DNA of 64,000 nt from the NCBI GenBank assembly GCA_030390025.1, contig CM059432.1:80230001-80294000 (forward strand). Reading direction: 5' to 3'. The number at the start of each line of letters is the position of its first letter. Positions within the stretch are counted from its first letter, which is position 1. This DNA comes from Squalus acanthias (taxonomy: Eukaryota). Both the position numbers and the translations under genes were made by a program. The notes beneath the pieces are model-generated. The model had not been told where the DNA came from, made no database searches, and was given only the letters and a program-made list of their open reading frames with translations. Below are positions 12,701-26,200 of this stretch, piece after piece.

Positions 12701-13440
12701 TATCTCCAAGAGTTAAGTATCCTGGAATATTTAGTTCCCAACCTTGGCCTCTTTGCAACCACGTCTCCGTATCGGCTATTAGATCAAACCTATTAATTTC
12801 TATCTGTGCTATTAATTCATCTATTTTGTTGCGAATGCTTTGCGCACTCAGATATAGTGCCTTTAGCTTTGACTTTTTTCTATTTTTCCCTGATGTCACC
12901 TTAATCACTGATGCCTTATTACCTTTGTTACTCTCTCGGTTCCTTCCTGACCCACTCTGCTTATTTTTACCCAAAACTCTACTCTGCTCTAGAGCCTTGA
13001 CATTTCTCTCGCTGCTTTTAAATTTACACTTTCCTGAATCCTCCCACCCACCGCCCCCCCCTTCATTAGTTTAATGCCCTCTCTATTGCCCTAGTTATTC
13101 GATTCGCAGGACACTGGTCCCAGCCCGGTTTAAGTGGTGCCCGTCCCATCGGAACAGCTCCCTCTTTCCCCAGTACTGGGGCCAGTGTCCCATGAACCAA
13201 AACCCCTTCCTCCCACACCACTCTGAGCCACGCATTTAAACCTCAAATCTGTTTGTTCCTATGCCAGGTAACAATCCAGAGATGATTACCCTTGAGGTTC
13301 TGCTTTTTAATTTAGACCGTAGCTCCTCAAACTCCCTCAGCAGAACCTCATTCCTAGTTCTACCTATGTCGTTGGTTCCTATGTGGACAACGACAACTGG
13401 ATCCCTCCCCCTCCCACAAGTTCTTCTCCAGCCGCGAGGA

Positions 13441-16400
13441 GCTAGGGGCTAAATTAAAAAGCAGAACCTCAAGGGTAATGTCTGTATTATTACCTGAGCC
13501 ACGAGCAAATTGGCATTGGGTAAATAAAATTATAGAGATGTATGCATGGCTCAAAGACTGGTGTGGGAGAAATGGGTTTCGATTCCTGTGGCATTGGCAC
13601 CAGTACTGGGGAAAGTGGGATCTGTATCGTTGGGACGGTCTTCACCTGAATAGTGCTGGGACCAGTGTCCTGGCGAGTCATATAACTAGGGCGATAGAGA
13701 GGGCTTTAAACTAAATAGTGGGGGTAAGGAATAACATTTGGGTAAATCAAAGAGTAGAGACAAGGCAAGAGAGAAAGATATTAATATGGGAAATGATAAA
13801 CACACCATGACAGATTTGTACTCTCTATCCCTTCCTAATAGTAAATCAACAGATAAGGCTAGAGGTTACAAAAATAATAAAAAGACAAAACTAAGGGCTC
13901 TGCATCTGAATGCACGTAGCATTCAAAACAAAACAGATAAACTGATAGGGTAAATAGAAATAAATAAGTACGATCTGATAGCCATCACAGAAACATAGCT
14001 GCAGGATGACATAGAACATGGGACCTGAATATTGAAGGGTACAAGACATTTAGGAAGGGCAGGAAGCTAGGAAAAGGTGGAGGGGTGGCTCTGTTAATTA
14101 ATGATGGTATTAACACAATAGAGGGATGACCTAAGTTCAGGAAACCAGGATGTAGAAACGGTTTGGGTAGAGATGAGAAATGATAAAGGCAAGAAGTCAC
14201 TTGTGGGAGTGGGGTACAGGCCCCCTAACAGTAACCACACGGTAGGATGGAGTATAAAGGAAGAAATAACGGGAGCTTGTCAGAAAGGTACGGCAATAAT
14301 CATGGGGGATTTTAATCTACATATAAACTGGAAAAATCAGAGGGACAAAGGTAGCCTAGATGAGGAGTTTATAGAATGTTTTCGGGATAGTTTCTTACAG
14401 CAGCACATTCTGGAGCCAACCAGAGAGCATGCTATACTTGACCTGGTATTGTGCAACGAGATAGGATTAATTAATGACCTCATAGTGAAGGCGCCCCTAG
14501 GTAGCAGCGATCATAATGGCCCAGAAATTAAACATGGATGCTTCCCGCGGGGGTAAGGATTCCCCGCGATATCGCACTCCGCGCCTACCTTTTTGCTCCG
14601 GGCCCACACGAACTTTAGTTTCAAAGGCTCTCTCTGTTGGAACCGTGCAGTGCTTGCATGACCCAGAGGCGCAATTAGTTCGTGCAAGCTCTGGGATCAC
14701 GTGATTCAGTTAGAGCCAATGGCAGCACACCATCTTTCATTCATAGTTTTGACGGCAAGAGCTGTCAAAGCTATGAATACTACAAACCCCCAAAAGAACA
14801 GCTAAACCTCAATTAAATTTTTTAAAAAGCCATCACATTAATAAAATAAGTATAGTTAAATAAATTAACCACTTTAAACAAAAAATTAAATTTTTGAAAA
14901 ATTTTAAATTTTTTAAAAGTTATAAAAATAAACTTACCTTTCTTTAAAGTCTCTAAAAAAGATAAACCTGTTGAAAAATTTTTAAAACACTTAATTAACT
15001 ACTTACCTTGTTAAAAGGGGGTCCTACGCCTGCTTTCTTTGTGTGTAAAATCTTTACCACTTACCTGCGCGTTCAAAGCTGAAAAAAAACCTAAGTGCAC
15101 TGCGTGCGCACAGCCTGTAGTGCGCACGCGGTTCACTTAGGAACCGCCCCCTTTTCAATTCACGAAGTGCCGGTTTCCCGCGCATGCGCAGTGCATGCAG
15201 GAAACCGGCAATTCGGAATCTAATACGCGAGAGTACACAGTGCGTACTCTCGCGTATTAGGTTTAATTTTCGGGCCATTATGATTGAATTTTACATTCAG
15301 TTTGCGGGAGAGAAGAGTGGGTCCAAGACTAGTATTTTAAACTTAAATAAGGGCAATTAATTGGGCATGAAAGCAGAGCTAGCTAAAGTGAACTGGCAAA
15401 TTAGGTTAACGGATAGGTCAACAGAGTTGCAGTGGCAGACATTTAAGAGGATATTTCAGAATACACAGAATATATACATTCCAACAAGAAAGAAAAATTC
15501 CAAAGGGAGGACCCACCATCCATGGTTAACTAAAAAAGTTAAAGATAGTATCAAACTTAAAGAAAAAGCATATAATTGCGCAAAGATGGGTGGCAGGTCA
15601 GAAGATTGGACAGAATGTAAAAAACAGCAAAGAATGACTAAAAGATTAATAAGGAGAGAAAAATTAGAGTACGAGAGAAAGCTAGCTAGAAATATAAAAA
15701 CATCTAGCAAGAGTTTCTATAGATATTTTAAAAAGAAAAGTTAACAAAGTGAGCATTGGTCCTATAGAAAGTGAGTCTGGGGAATTAATAATGGAAAATA
15801 AGGAGATGGCAGTTGAATTGAACAGGTATTTTGCATCGGTCTTCACTATAGAGGATACAAGTAACATCCCAGAAATAGCTGTAAATCAGGAAATGGAAGG
15901 GAGGGAGGGAGGAACTCAAGAAAATTATAAATCACTAGGGAAGTGGTACTGAGCAAATTGTTGGAGCTGCGGGCTGACAAGTCCCCGGGTCCTGATGGAC
16001 ATCATCCTAGGGTCTTAAAAGAAGTGGCTAGTGAGATAGTTGATGCGTTGGTTTTAATTTTCCAAAATTCCCTAGATTCGGGGAGGGTTCCATTAGATTG
16101 TAAAATAGCAAATGTAACTCCTTTATTCAAAAAGGGAGGGAGACAGAAAGCAGAAAACTACAGGTCAGTTAGCTTAACATCTGTCATAGGGAAAATGTTA
16201 GAAACTATTATTAAAGACGTTATAGCAGGGCACTTAGAAAAGTTCAAGGTAATCAGGCAGAGTCAACATAGTTTTGTGAAAGGGAAATCATGTTTAACCA
16301 ATTTATTGGAGTTCTTTGAGGAAGTAACATGTGCTGTGGATAAAGGGGAACCGGTGGATGTACTGTCCAGAAGGCATTGGATAAGGTGCCACATCAAAGG

Positions 16401-17527
16401 TTATTGCGGAAAATAAAAGCTCAGTGTAGGGGGTAACATATTGGCATGGATAGACGATTGGCTAGCTAACAGGAAACAGAGAGTAGGCATAAATGGGTCA
16501 TTTTCTGGTTGGCAAGATGTTACGAGTGGTGTGCCACAGGGATCAGTGCTGGGGCCTCAACTTTTTACAATTTATATAAATGACTTGGATGAAGGGACCA
16601 AAGGTATGGTTGTTAAATTTGCTGATGACACAAAGATAGGTAGGAAAGTAAATTGTGAAGAGCACATAAGGAGGCTACAAAGGGATATAGATTGATTAAG
16701 TGAGTGGGCAAAGATCTGGCAAATGGAGTATAATGTGGGAAAATGTGAAATTGTCCATTTTGGCAGGAAGAATAAAAAAAGCATATTATCTAAATGGTGA
16801 GAGATTGCAGAGCTCCGAGATGCAGAAGGATCTGGGTGTCCTAGTGCATGAATCGCAAAAGGTTAGTATGCAGGTACAGCAAGTAATTAGGAAAGCTAAT
16901 AGAATGTTATCGTTTATTGCGAGGGGAATTGAATACAAAAGTAGGGAGGTTATGCTTCAGTTATACAGGGCATTGGTGAGACCACATCTGGAGTACTGTG
17001 TACAGTATTGGTCTCCTTATTTAAGGAAGGATGTAAATGCGTTAGAAGCAGTTCAGAGAAGGTTTACTAGACTAATACCTGGAATGGGAGGGTTGTCTTA
17101 TGAGGAAAGGTTGGACAGGCTAGGCTTGTATCCGCTGGAGTTTAGAAGAGTAAGAGGTGACTTGATTGAAACATACAAGATCCTGAGGGGTCTGGACAGG
17201 GTAGATGTTCCCTCTTGTGGGAGAATCTAGAACTAGGGGTCACGGTTTAAAAATAAGGGGTGCCCATTTAAGACAGAGATGAGGAGAAATTTTTTCTCAG
17301 AGGGTCGTGAGTCTTTGGAACTCTCTTCCTCAGAGGGCGGTGGAAGCAGAGTCTTTGAATATTTTTAAGGCAGAGGTAGATAGATTCTTCATAAGCAAGG
17401 GGGTGAAAAGTTATCGGGGGTAGGCGGGAATGTGGAGTAATCAGATCAGCCATGATCTTATTGAATGGCAGAACAGGCTCGAGGGGCTGAGTGGCCTACT
17501 CCTGCTCCTAATTCGTATGTTCGTATG
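13441..17527 (+). mobile_element. CR1 LINE (end of ORF1 plus frameshifted ORF2) nested in ORF1 of the minus-strand CR1
   Basis: WDGLHLN esterase end, LNARSI / MGDFN / SDHN APE motifs, [10 protein letters not shown] and FADD; tail ATTCGTATGTTCGTATG. Confidence 0.9.
14518..15276 (-). mobile_element. Harbinger-type MITE, family A copy 2
   Basis: TIR GGCCCAGAAATTAAAC / GTTTAATTTTCGGGCC. It interrupts the CR1 SDHN|MIEF motif and leaves 3 extra nt (AAT/ATT). Confidence 0.9.
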
Positions 17528-19918
17528 ATCCTCCCCCTCCCACTCCAAGTTCTTCTCCAGCCACGAGGATATATCCTTAACCCTGGCACCGGGCAGGCAA
17601 CACAGCCTTTGGTACTCCCTGTCGCGGCTGCAGAGAACAGTATCTATCCCCCTCACTCTACTGTCGCCTACCATATTCCTTTTTACTCCCCCTACTTGAA
17701 AGGCCTCCTGCACCACGGTGCCATGGTCAGTTTGCTCATCCTCCCTGCAGTCCTTGTTCTCATCCAAAATAAGCAGCAAGTACTGCGTACCTGTTGGACA
17801 AAGTCAAGGGCTGAGGCTCCTCCATCACTATATCCTGGGTCCCCATACCTTCTTGACTCGCAGTCACACCCTCTTGTCCCTGACCATTGACTAACTCTGA
17901 AGTACTGCTTAACCTAAGGGGTGTGACTGCCTCCTGGAACAAAGTGTCCAGGTAACTCTCCCCTTCCCTGAAGCATCGTAATGTCTGCAGCTCGGACTCC
18001 AGCCCAACAACTCTGAGCCGAAGTTCCTCGAGCAGCAGGCACTTACCACAGATGTGGTTGCTCGGGATCTCGTTGGTCTCCAACTCCCACATGCTGCAGT
18101 TATGACACACCACTGCACTGCCATCTCTATCTAACCTTATTTTATTTATATAATTAGTTACAGTATTTACTCAAATGATTATTTTTACTTTTAATTTTTA
18201 GTTTTAGTTAGTTCATTTAGTTTAAGTTATTAATTTAATAAAGTTGTAGTTGACACTCTCCCAGTTCTGAATTTAATCCACTTACCTAACCTAGAGAGCA
18301 AAAGAGCTGTAATACTCACCAACCAATCACCTACCTGCTGTCCTGTGACGCCACTCTTTTTTTAAAGTCGCCGCTCAGCTCCCTTTATGCCACCGCCTTC
18401 GCTGCTCCCACTCAGATACGCGCTGTGTCCTGGGCCTTCTCCGGTGCTCCCTTTCAGTCGCCGCCTCCGCTCCTGGTCAGGTCTGTGCTGTGTCCTGGGC
18501 CTTTTCCGGTGTTCCCTCCGCTCCTCATAACGAGGTTCTCACCTTATTTAAGCAGGCACTTGCGCCCCAGTAAATGTGGAGGTGGAGCGGAAATAGGGCG
18601 GTTAGGTTCACCACGGTGATTATAACTCTGCTATCTCTCCATTCTGCCAGGCGAGACAAATTAAAATCAGCCCCATCATGTCTACCTTGAATCCCTTCTT
18701 GAGAATAGGTGGGATGTTTGCTGCTTTTCATTCAGATTGAAAATTAGTGCTACCATAAATGTATGCACTATACAACCAGTACCTAATAGTTGCCACGCTG
18801 ATCAATAGTCTGTTTATACTGGGGCCATTTATTCACTGAATCTTAACCATCCCACAGTAAATTTAACTAATAATCAAGTGTAAATAGAGCATATGATGCC
18901 AATTTCAGCTCGTCTCAATTGAAAAATGCACGCATTTATTTCTTAACGAATTTGGATCAAGCTTATGTAACATATAATCCAAATTCATTCTAAAATTATT
19001 CCATAACATAATAAATACAGCCTTTTGTGCTATATAGAACAGAAATGTAGAACCGCCAAAACTAAAGTTTCCAGAGCATAACTATCAGCAGCCGACAGTC
19101 AGTCAGTTAATTCTGATCTTGTTGATCTGACCTTTCCTGTGTAAGCCACTTTAGCATAAATGGATTCAAAATTTCTGTTTTTGTTTCTTCAAAGTTTCTC
19201 GCTTCATATATGTCAGACCTTTATGTATTCTATGCACCCAATCGAGACACAGTGCAGTACAGCGAACCCCAGTTACTTTAAGACATTTGCAGCACTGTAA
19301 AACTGAAAATGCTGGAAATACACAGCAGGCCAATTAGCATTTGTAAAGAGAAAAGACAGATTACAGGCATTTTGGGTGTGTAACTTTATATTATGCACCC
19401 AAAGTGCCAATGACCTGTCTTTTCTAAGATGTTGACTAACTTGGTTTGTATTTCCATCATTTTCTGTTTTTCTTTCAGCTTTCCAGCATTCATGTTTTTT
19501 TTCCTTTGTAAGCAACTTATTTTTTCTGAAAATTCTCCTTTCAATTTCTTTGTTTGCAAAACATCTTACATGTTGAGATACTGGAAAAGAAACTCTTTTT
19601 TGGTTGGGAGTAAGAAAGTAGAAAAAACTTGCATTTATATAATGCCTTCCACATCCCCAAAATGTCCCAAAGTCCTTCACAGTCAATGAATTACTTTTGA
19701 AGTATAGTCACTATTTTTTGTAGGTATATGCGGCAGACAATTTGTACACAAGGGCCCACAAACAGCAAATGAGATAAATGACCAATTAATCTATTTTGAC
19801 GTTGGTCGATGGCGAAATTTTAGTAGGGCACTGACAGAGCTTCCTTCTTCTTCAAATAATGAAATGGGATCTTTTACTTCCATCTGAACAAGCTGATGGA
19901 GTTTTGGCTTAACATCTT

Positions 19919-20635
19919 GGGCCAAAAATTCGGCACTTGCCGGGTGAGTACGCGCTGTGTACTCACCCGTAAGGCCTCCTGAAATGCCGGTTTCCTGCAT
20001 GCGCGGAAAACCGGAACTTCCGGTCTCGTGAAGGGAGCAGTTCACAGGTGAACCGCGTGCGCGGTAGAGGCTGCGCACACGCAGTAAACTTAGGTTTTTT
20101 TTTCAGGTTTCTCCGGGAGGGCAAGCATTGAAGAAGCTGCGCTTTTAAAAAGGAGGCGTAAGACCCGTTTTCAACAAGGTAAGTGGTTAATTAATTACAA
20201 TTTAAAAAATGATCAGGTTTATCTTTTTTAGATACTTTAAAGAAAGTTAAATTTATTTTTAGCACTATTAAAAAGTATTTTAATTTTTTCAAAAATTAAA
20301 ATTTTTGTTTCAAGTAGTTAATTTAAAAATGTGATGGTTTTTTTTTTATTTGAAGTTTAGGTGTTGTTTTGGGGCCGATTTCAATTCATAGATTTGATGT
20401 CAAATCTATGAATGAAAGACGGTCTGCTGCCATTGGCTCTCCATGGCCCACGTGATCCCAGGGGACGCATCGCACTAACTGCGCCCCTGGGACACGCAAG
20501 CACTGCGCGCCGGCAGTTGGGGGAGGCCCAGGAGCTGAAGTCCCCGTGGGCCCAGAGGTCAACGGCAGGCGCGGTAGGTAGGTGCGCGCGGGATCCTTGC
20601 ACCCGCGGGAAGCCAGGGAGCCGAATTTCTGGGCC
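19919..20635 (+). mobile_element. Harbinger-type MITE, family A copy 3 (diverged subfamily)
   Basis: TIR GGGCCAAAAATTCGGC / GCCGAATTTCTGGGCC, TSD CTT. Confidence 0.85.
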
Positions 20636-20701
20636 CTTATCTGAAAGATGGCACCATGCAATACTTTCTCAGTACTGCACTGAAGTGTTCGCCTAGATCA
20701 T

Positions 20702-22254
20702 AGCCCGGATTTTGCGGTGGTAATGACAGTGAAACTATCAGCATTTGGCATCATTCACCCTCTGAAACTGACCGCAACTTCAGGATTTAGTGTATGCGCA
20801 GATAAATGCGGAAATCCTGAAGTTGCGGTCAGTCATTCACTGCTCCGCCATAGGTTGTGCTGTGGAACTCCCCAGAGCCAGCAATCAGTTGAAATCCCAA
20901 ACAAGGGCAAAAACTTTCCCTTTTACAATGGAATATCACTGTTTAAAAAAACCCTAAAACTTTAAGGGGGAGAAATTCGGCATCGCCCCATTTGGGGCGC
21001 AATTATCAGCCGGGTGCAAAGTTTAGTGCCTGGCGCTAATTACCGCCTCCGACTGCAAACCTGACTTCTATCGCCGGAGGTGATTGGAGCGCTAAATCAG
21101 GCGCTACACACCTCTAAGGCGCCAACGCCGAGGAGCGAGGTGCTACCTCAAGAGCGCTGGCGAAACTCATGTGATATCAGTCAGCAATGGAACACAGACA
21201 CACTGGCGCCGGCCAGTTCTTAAAGGGGAGGGTCGATCTTGCTCTCCATCCATACCCTGCTCATTGCAGCCTTGAATCTCGGCCTGGAGAGACCTGTACA
21301 TCAAATCTGCTGGAAAGGCCCAGGGAAAGAGTTCACAGTGCAACCCCCATAGTCTCTTCTAAATCGATGCAAGAAAGGTCAAATCAATATGAACCTGCAA
21401 AGTGCTGCTCAGTACCCAAAACTCCTTCACACAGCATTGAATCTCTCCAGAAGTCTCTCTCAGAATGCGTGGTGCAAAAATGTCGCCGACAAAAAAAGGC
21501 ACGAAGCAGTCGCCTTTAAATAGCGCTCCCCCAGTCCCTTCCCGACTGCAAAACGCTCCCCTAAACCTGTTGCTGATAGCGGCAGGGGGCGGCACTCAAT
21601 ATCCGGTCCAGGGCGCTACCGGGGCGTTCCACGCTCGACTGACATCATGATCTGCAGGAGATCGTGGCGGTAGTGTTTAGCGCCACTGCAAAATGTCTGG
21701 TCCATCTCCGCGCCCGGGCGCTAGTTGCTTTGCACCCCATTAGCGCCCTCTTAGGACGCTAACGGGAGGCGCAAAGCAACTGAATTTTGCCCCCTAAGCC
21801 TTGTTGAGAGTTGTAACCCATTCTCGCCCTGAAAAATGAACTTTATATTTATGGAATGTCAAATTTGTCCATTAATATGATTAATTACAACTTTTTAATT
21901 TTTTTTAAAGTTTGTTTATGATATTTCAGCTTCTACCTTAATCATATGTATGTCCCAATTTTTATTTCGCTCTATAAAATGTATAAAAAAGTAAATTAGA
22001 ATCTGTGCATTTTACTTCCTAGTTTGCTGTCTGAGAATTTTTCAATGTGATTGGCTGCTTAGCCAGCTTGATGACATCACTGCTGCTGGATGGTTCGGAT
22101 TTGTTTGATTTGGCGACAGATTCAGCGTCAGATTCCAACAAAGGTCGGGACAGATGAAATTCATGCCACAGAGATCGCTAGATCTTTGTGGACAGCTTTC
22201 TTCGAGGTCAACGGCGAGCAGCATCACTCCGCCACTGACGGCAAATTCCGGGCT
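20702..22254 (-). mobile_element. Harbinger-type MITE, family B copy 2 (contains family C insertion)
   Basis: TIR AGCCCGGATTTTGC / GCAAATTCCGGGCT; reverse-complement homology to 8419-9150. TSD degraded. Confidence 0.8.
20966..21793 (+). mobile_element. Harbinger-type MITE, family C copy 1 (GC-rich)
   Basis: Ends GGGGGAGAAATTC / GAATTTTGCCCC, TSD TAA; termini homologous to 41475-42203. Confidence 0.85.
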
Positions 22255-23249
22255 TGTGTGTCAGAGAGGGCGTGAACCCACAACCTTCGGACTCAGATGA
22301 CAGTGCTACGACTGAGCCAAGCTGATACTATTTAATGCTACTGCTATTCAATAGAGGAATGGAGGAGGGAAACTTGATATCAAAGCAGGAAGTGTTGTAT
22401 GGTAACACTAACATAAGACTAGAAATAACTGTTGGCAATCATTAATCCTTAAATGTGGATGATATAATGAATGAAATCTCAATGAAACCCACCAACAGCT
22501 TGCACTTGTATGTGCCCTTATTGTAGGAAAACATTCAAAGGTACTTCACCTTGGTTGGGGGGGGGGGGGGGGGGGGGGGGGCGGTGGCAGGGGGATGGCA
22601 AATACTGAGAAGAATTTGGGGAGATGACAGAAGAGGTAGTCAAACGATAGATTTTAAGGACTTTTTTAAGGACGTTTTTGAAGATTAGAAGAGATTTATC
22701 AATGTTGTGGGGTTTGCAAACAGAATTACAAATTAAGTGCTAAACCTACTGACGTCTCTGTTTTAGCACCTTGAGGCAAGTTCAAATTATGGTAAATTAG
22801 GACCAAAATTGCGTGCCAAAACCAGACTTTCAAACAGGTGTGTCTTATTAACACAGCACCCATTTTGGGCCTGTTTTCACTCTTTAAACAAAATAACCCT
22901 CTATGTGTCTTGCTGTATGACAATGATGTCAGTCTTTAACAATGGCTTGCCAATTGCTTAGCAATTATGAAACACAGGACCATCTGTATCCAACAGTTGA
23001 AGCCCCAAAGTATTTACATCTGTCTGTAAATTTATATACAGTACATCTTTTAAACCTCTTTTCTGCCACCAGAGGTTATTTATCTGAATTAATTCCTGAA
23101 CAAATGTGTTTCTTTTTTCAGACTGGCCATCTACTGCCTATCATTTTGAAACTTAAGTGACGAGAGAGCAAACTACATTCTAACCTTAATTATTTTAAAT
23201 TATACCAGTTAAATGCCAAAATTCCTCTATTTATCCACAAAGCAGGATA

Positions 23250-26200
23250 GAACGGTAGCATAGTGGTTATGTTACTGGACTAATGATCCAGAGACGTGAA
23301 TTCAAATCCCACCACGGCAGCTGGGGACTTTAAATTCAGTTAATTAAATAAATCTGGAATAAAAAGCTAGTATCAGTAATGGTGACCATGAAACTATCGA
23401 ATTGTCGTAAAAACCCATCTGGTTCATGAATGTCCTTTAGGGAAGGAAATCTGCCGTCCTTACCTGGTCTGGCCTATATGTGACTCCAGACCCACAGCAA
23501 TGTGGTTGACTCTTAACTGCCCTCTGAAATGGCCTAGCAAGCCACACAGTTGTAAAAAACAGCTACAAAAAACAAGAATAATAAAACCGGACGGACCACC
23601 CGGCATCGACCTCGGTACCGGCTACGGACACGACAACAGCACTCCCAGCCCAGTCGACCCTGCAACATCTGGGGACTTGTGCCAAAATTGGGAGAGCTGT
23701 CCCACAGACTAGTCAAGCAACAGCCTGACATAGTCATACTCACAGAAGCATAGCTTTCAGCCAATGTCCCAAACTCCTCCATCACCATCCTGGGTATGTC
23801 CTGTTCCACCGGCAGGGGTGGCTGCACAGTGGTATACAGTCAGGAAGGAGGGGCCCTGGGAGTCCTCAACATTGACTCCAGATCCCATGAAGTCCCATGG
23901 CTTCAGGTCAAGCATAGGCAAGGTAACCTACCGCCCTCCTTGGAAGAAGCACTGAGAGTAGCAAGGGCACAGAATGTACTCCGGGTGGGGGACTTCAATG
24001 TCCATCACCAAGAGTGGCTCGGTAGCACACTACTGACTGAGCCCTGAAGGACATAGCTGCCAATCTGGGCTTGCGACAGGTGGAGAGAGAACCAACACGA
24101 AGGAAAAACCTACTTGACCTCGTCCTCACAAATCTACCTGTCGCAGATGCATCTGTCCATGGTAGCAGTGACCACCGCAGTGTCATTGTGGAGACGAAGT
24201 CCCGTCTTCACACCCTCCATCGTGTTGTATGGCATTACTGCTAGATCTGTTCTGAATCTACCTCATTTAGCACCACTGATAGATTCAGAACAGATCTAGC
24301 AGCTCAAAACTGCGCTGTGGGCTATCAGCAGCAGCAGGATTGTATTCCACCACAATCTGTAACCTCATGGCCTGGCATATCCCTCACTCCACCATTACCA
24401 TCAAGGCAGGGGACCAACCCTGGTTCAATAAGGAGTGTAGTAGCAGGCGTACCTAAAAATGCAGAGCCAACCTGGGGAAGCTGCAACACAGGACAACATG
24501 CATGCTAAAAAGTGGAAACAGCATGCTATAGACAGAGCTAGGCAATCGCACAATCAACGGATCAGATCAAAGCTCTGCAGTCCTGCCACATCCAGTCATG
24601 AATGGTGGTGGTGGATCATTAAACAACTAACGGGAGGAGGAGGCTCCATGAATATCCCCATCCTCAATGATGGTGGAGCCCAGCACGTGAGTGCAAAAGA
24701 CAAAGCTGAAGCGTTTGCAACCTCTTCAGCCAGAAGTGCCGAGTGGATGATCCATATCGGCCTCCTCCCGAGGTTCCCACCACCACAGAAGCCAGTCTTC
24801 AGCCAATTCGATTCACTCCACGTGATACCAAGAAACGGAGGAGCGCACTGGATAGAACAAAGGCTGTGGGCCCCGACAACATCCTGGCTGCCGTGCTGAA
24901 GACTTGTGCTCCAGAACTAGCCACGCCTCCAGCCAAGCTGTTCCAGTACAGCTACAACACTAGCATCTATTCAACAATGTGGAAAACTGCCCAGGTATGT
25001 CCTGTCCACAAAAAGGACAAATCCAATCCGGCCAATTTCCACCCCATCAGTCGACTTTCAATCATCAGCAAAGTGATGGAAGGTGTCGTCAACAGTGCTA
25101 TCAAGCAGCACTTACTCACCAATAACCTGCTCACTGATGCCCAGTTTGGGTTCTGCCAGGACCACTTGGCTCCAGACCTCATTACAGCCTTGGTCCAAAC
25201 ATGGACAAAAGAGCTGAATTCCAGAGGTGAGGTGAGAGTGACTGCCCTTGACATCAAGGCAGCATTTGACAGAGTGTGGCATCAAAGAGCCCTAATAAAA
25301 CTGAAGTCAATGGGAATCGGGGGGAAAACTCTCCACTGGCTGGAGTCATACCTAGCACAAATGAAGATGGTGGTGGTTGGAGGTCAATCATCATAGCCCC
25401 AGGATATCGCTGCAGGAGTTCCTCAGGGCAGTGTCCGAGGCCCAACCATCTTCAGCTGCTTCATCAATGACCTACCCTCCATCATAAGGTCAGAAATGGT
25501 GACGTTCGCTGATGACTGCAGAGTGTTCAATTCCATTCACAACTCCTCAGATAATGAAGCAGTCCATGCCCGCCTGCAGCAAGACCTGGACGACATTCAG
25601 GCTTGGGCTGATAAGTGGCAGGCAACATTCGTGCCACAGAAGTGCCAGGCAATGACCATCTCCAACAAGCGAGCATCTAACCGCCACCCCTTGACATTCG
25701 ACAGCATGACTATCGCCAAATCCCCCACCATCAATATCCTGGGGGTCACCATTGACCAGAAACTTAACTGGACCAGCCACATAAATACTGTGGCAACAAG
25801 AGCAGGTCAGAGGCTAGGTATTCTGCAGAGAGTGTCTCACCTCCTGACTCCCCAAAGCCTTTCCACCATCTACAAGGCACAAGTCAGGAGTGTGATGGAA
25901 TACTCTCCACTTGCCTATGAGTGCAGCTCCAACAACACTCAAGAAGCTCGACACCATCCAAGACAAAACAACCCGCTTGATGGTACCCCATCCACCACCT
26001 TAAACATTCACTCCCTCCACCACCAGCGTACCGTGGCTGCAATGTCTACCATCTACAAGATGCACTGCAGCAACTCACCAAGGCTTCTTTGGCAGCACCT
26101 CCCAAACCCGCAACCTCTACCACCTAGAAGGACAAGGGCAGCAGGAGCATGGGAACACCACCACCTCCAAGTTCCCCTCCAAGTCACACACCATCCTGAC

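Larger units (their letters stand above)
10522..18525 (-). mobile_element. Near full-length CR1 LINE (5'UTR, ORF1 zinc finger plus esterase, ORF2 APE-RT with internal deletions), split at 13440/17527
   Basis: ORF1 CxxC..CxxC..LEELRLRV (17760-18113) and MVGDS..RG.D (17527-17780); APE at 12006-12974; RT pieces; 3' tail at 10522. Confidence 0.9.
10243..18674. mobile_element. Harbinger-type MITE (family D) split by ~8 kb of CR1 insertions
   Basis: TIRs AGGGTAGATTTTAA and TTAAAATCAGCCCC, both flanked by ATC (3-bp TSD); MITE arms at about 10243-10521 and 18526-18674. Confidence 0.65.
19620..22325 (-). mobile_element. Deu-domain SINE split by three MITEs
   Basis: Pieces at 19620-19918, 20636-20701 and 22255-22325 reassemble into the SINE seen at 9255. 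Confidence 0.7.

Noticed and set aside
19136..19294. Possible minus-strand exon (TTTTACAG...GAAAG|GTCAGA) in the CPA6 intron
   Set aside because: Stops in all three frames, no carboxypeptidase similarity, and exons 1 and 2 already join in frame.
22723..23160. Further degenerate Harbinger fragment (YLHLS motif)
   Set aside because: Too decayed to support without alignment.
23250..23320. Functional tRNA gene
   Set aside because: Only A/B boxes are present; there is no convincing cloverleaf, and it continues into a retroelement.
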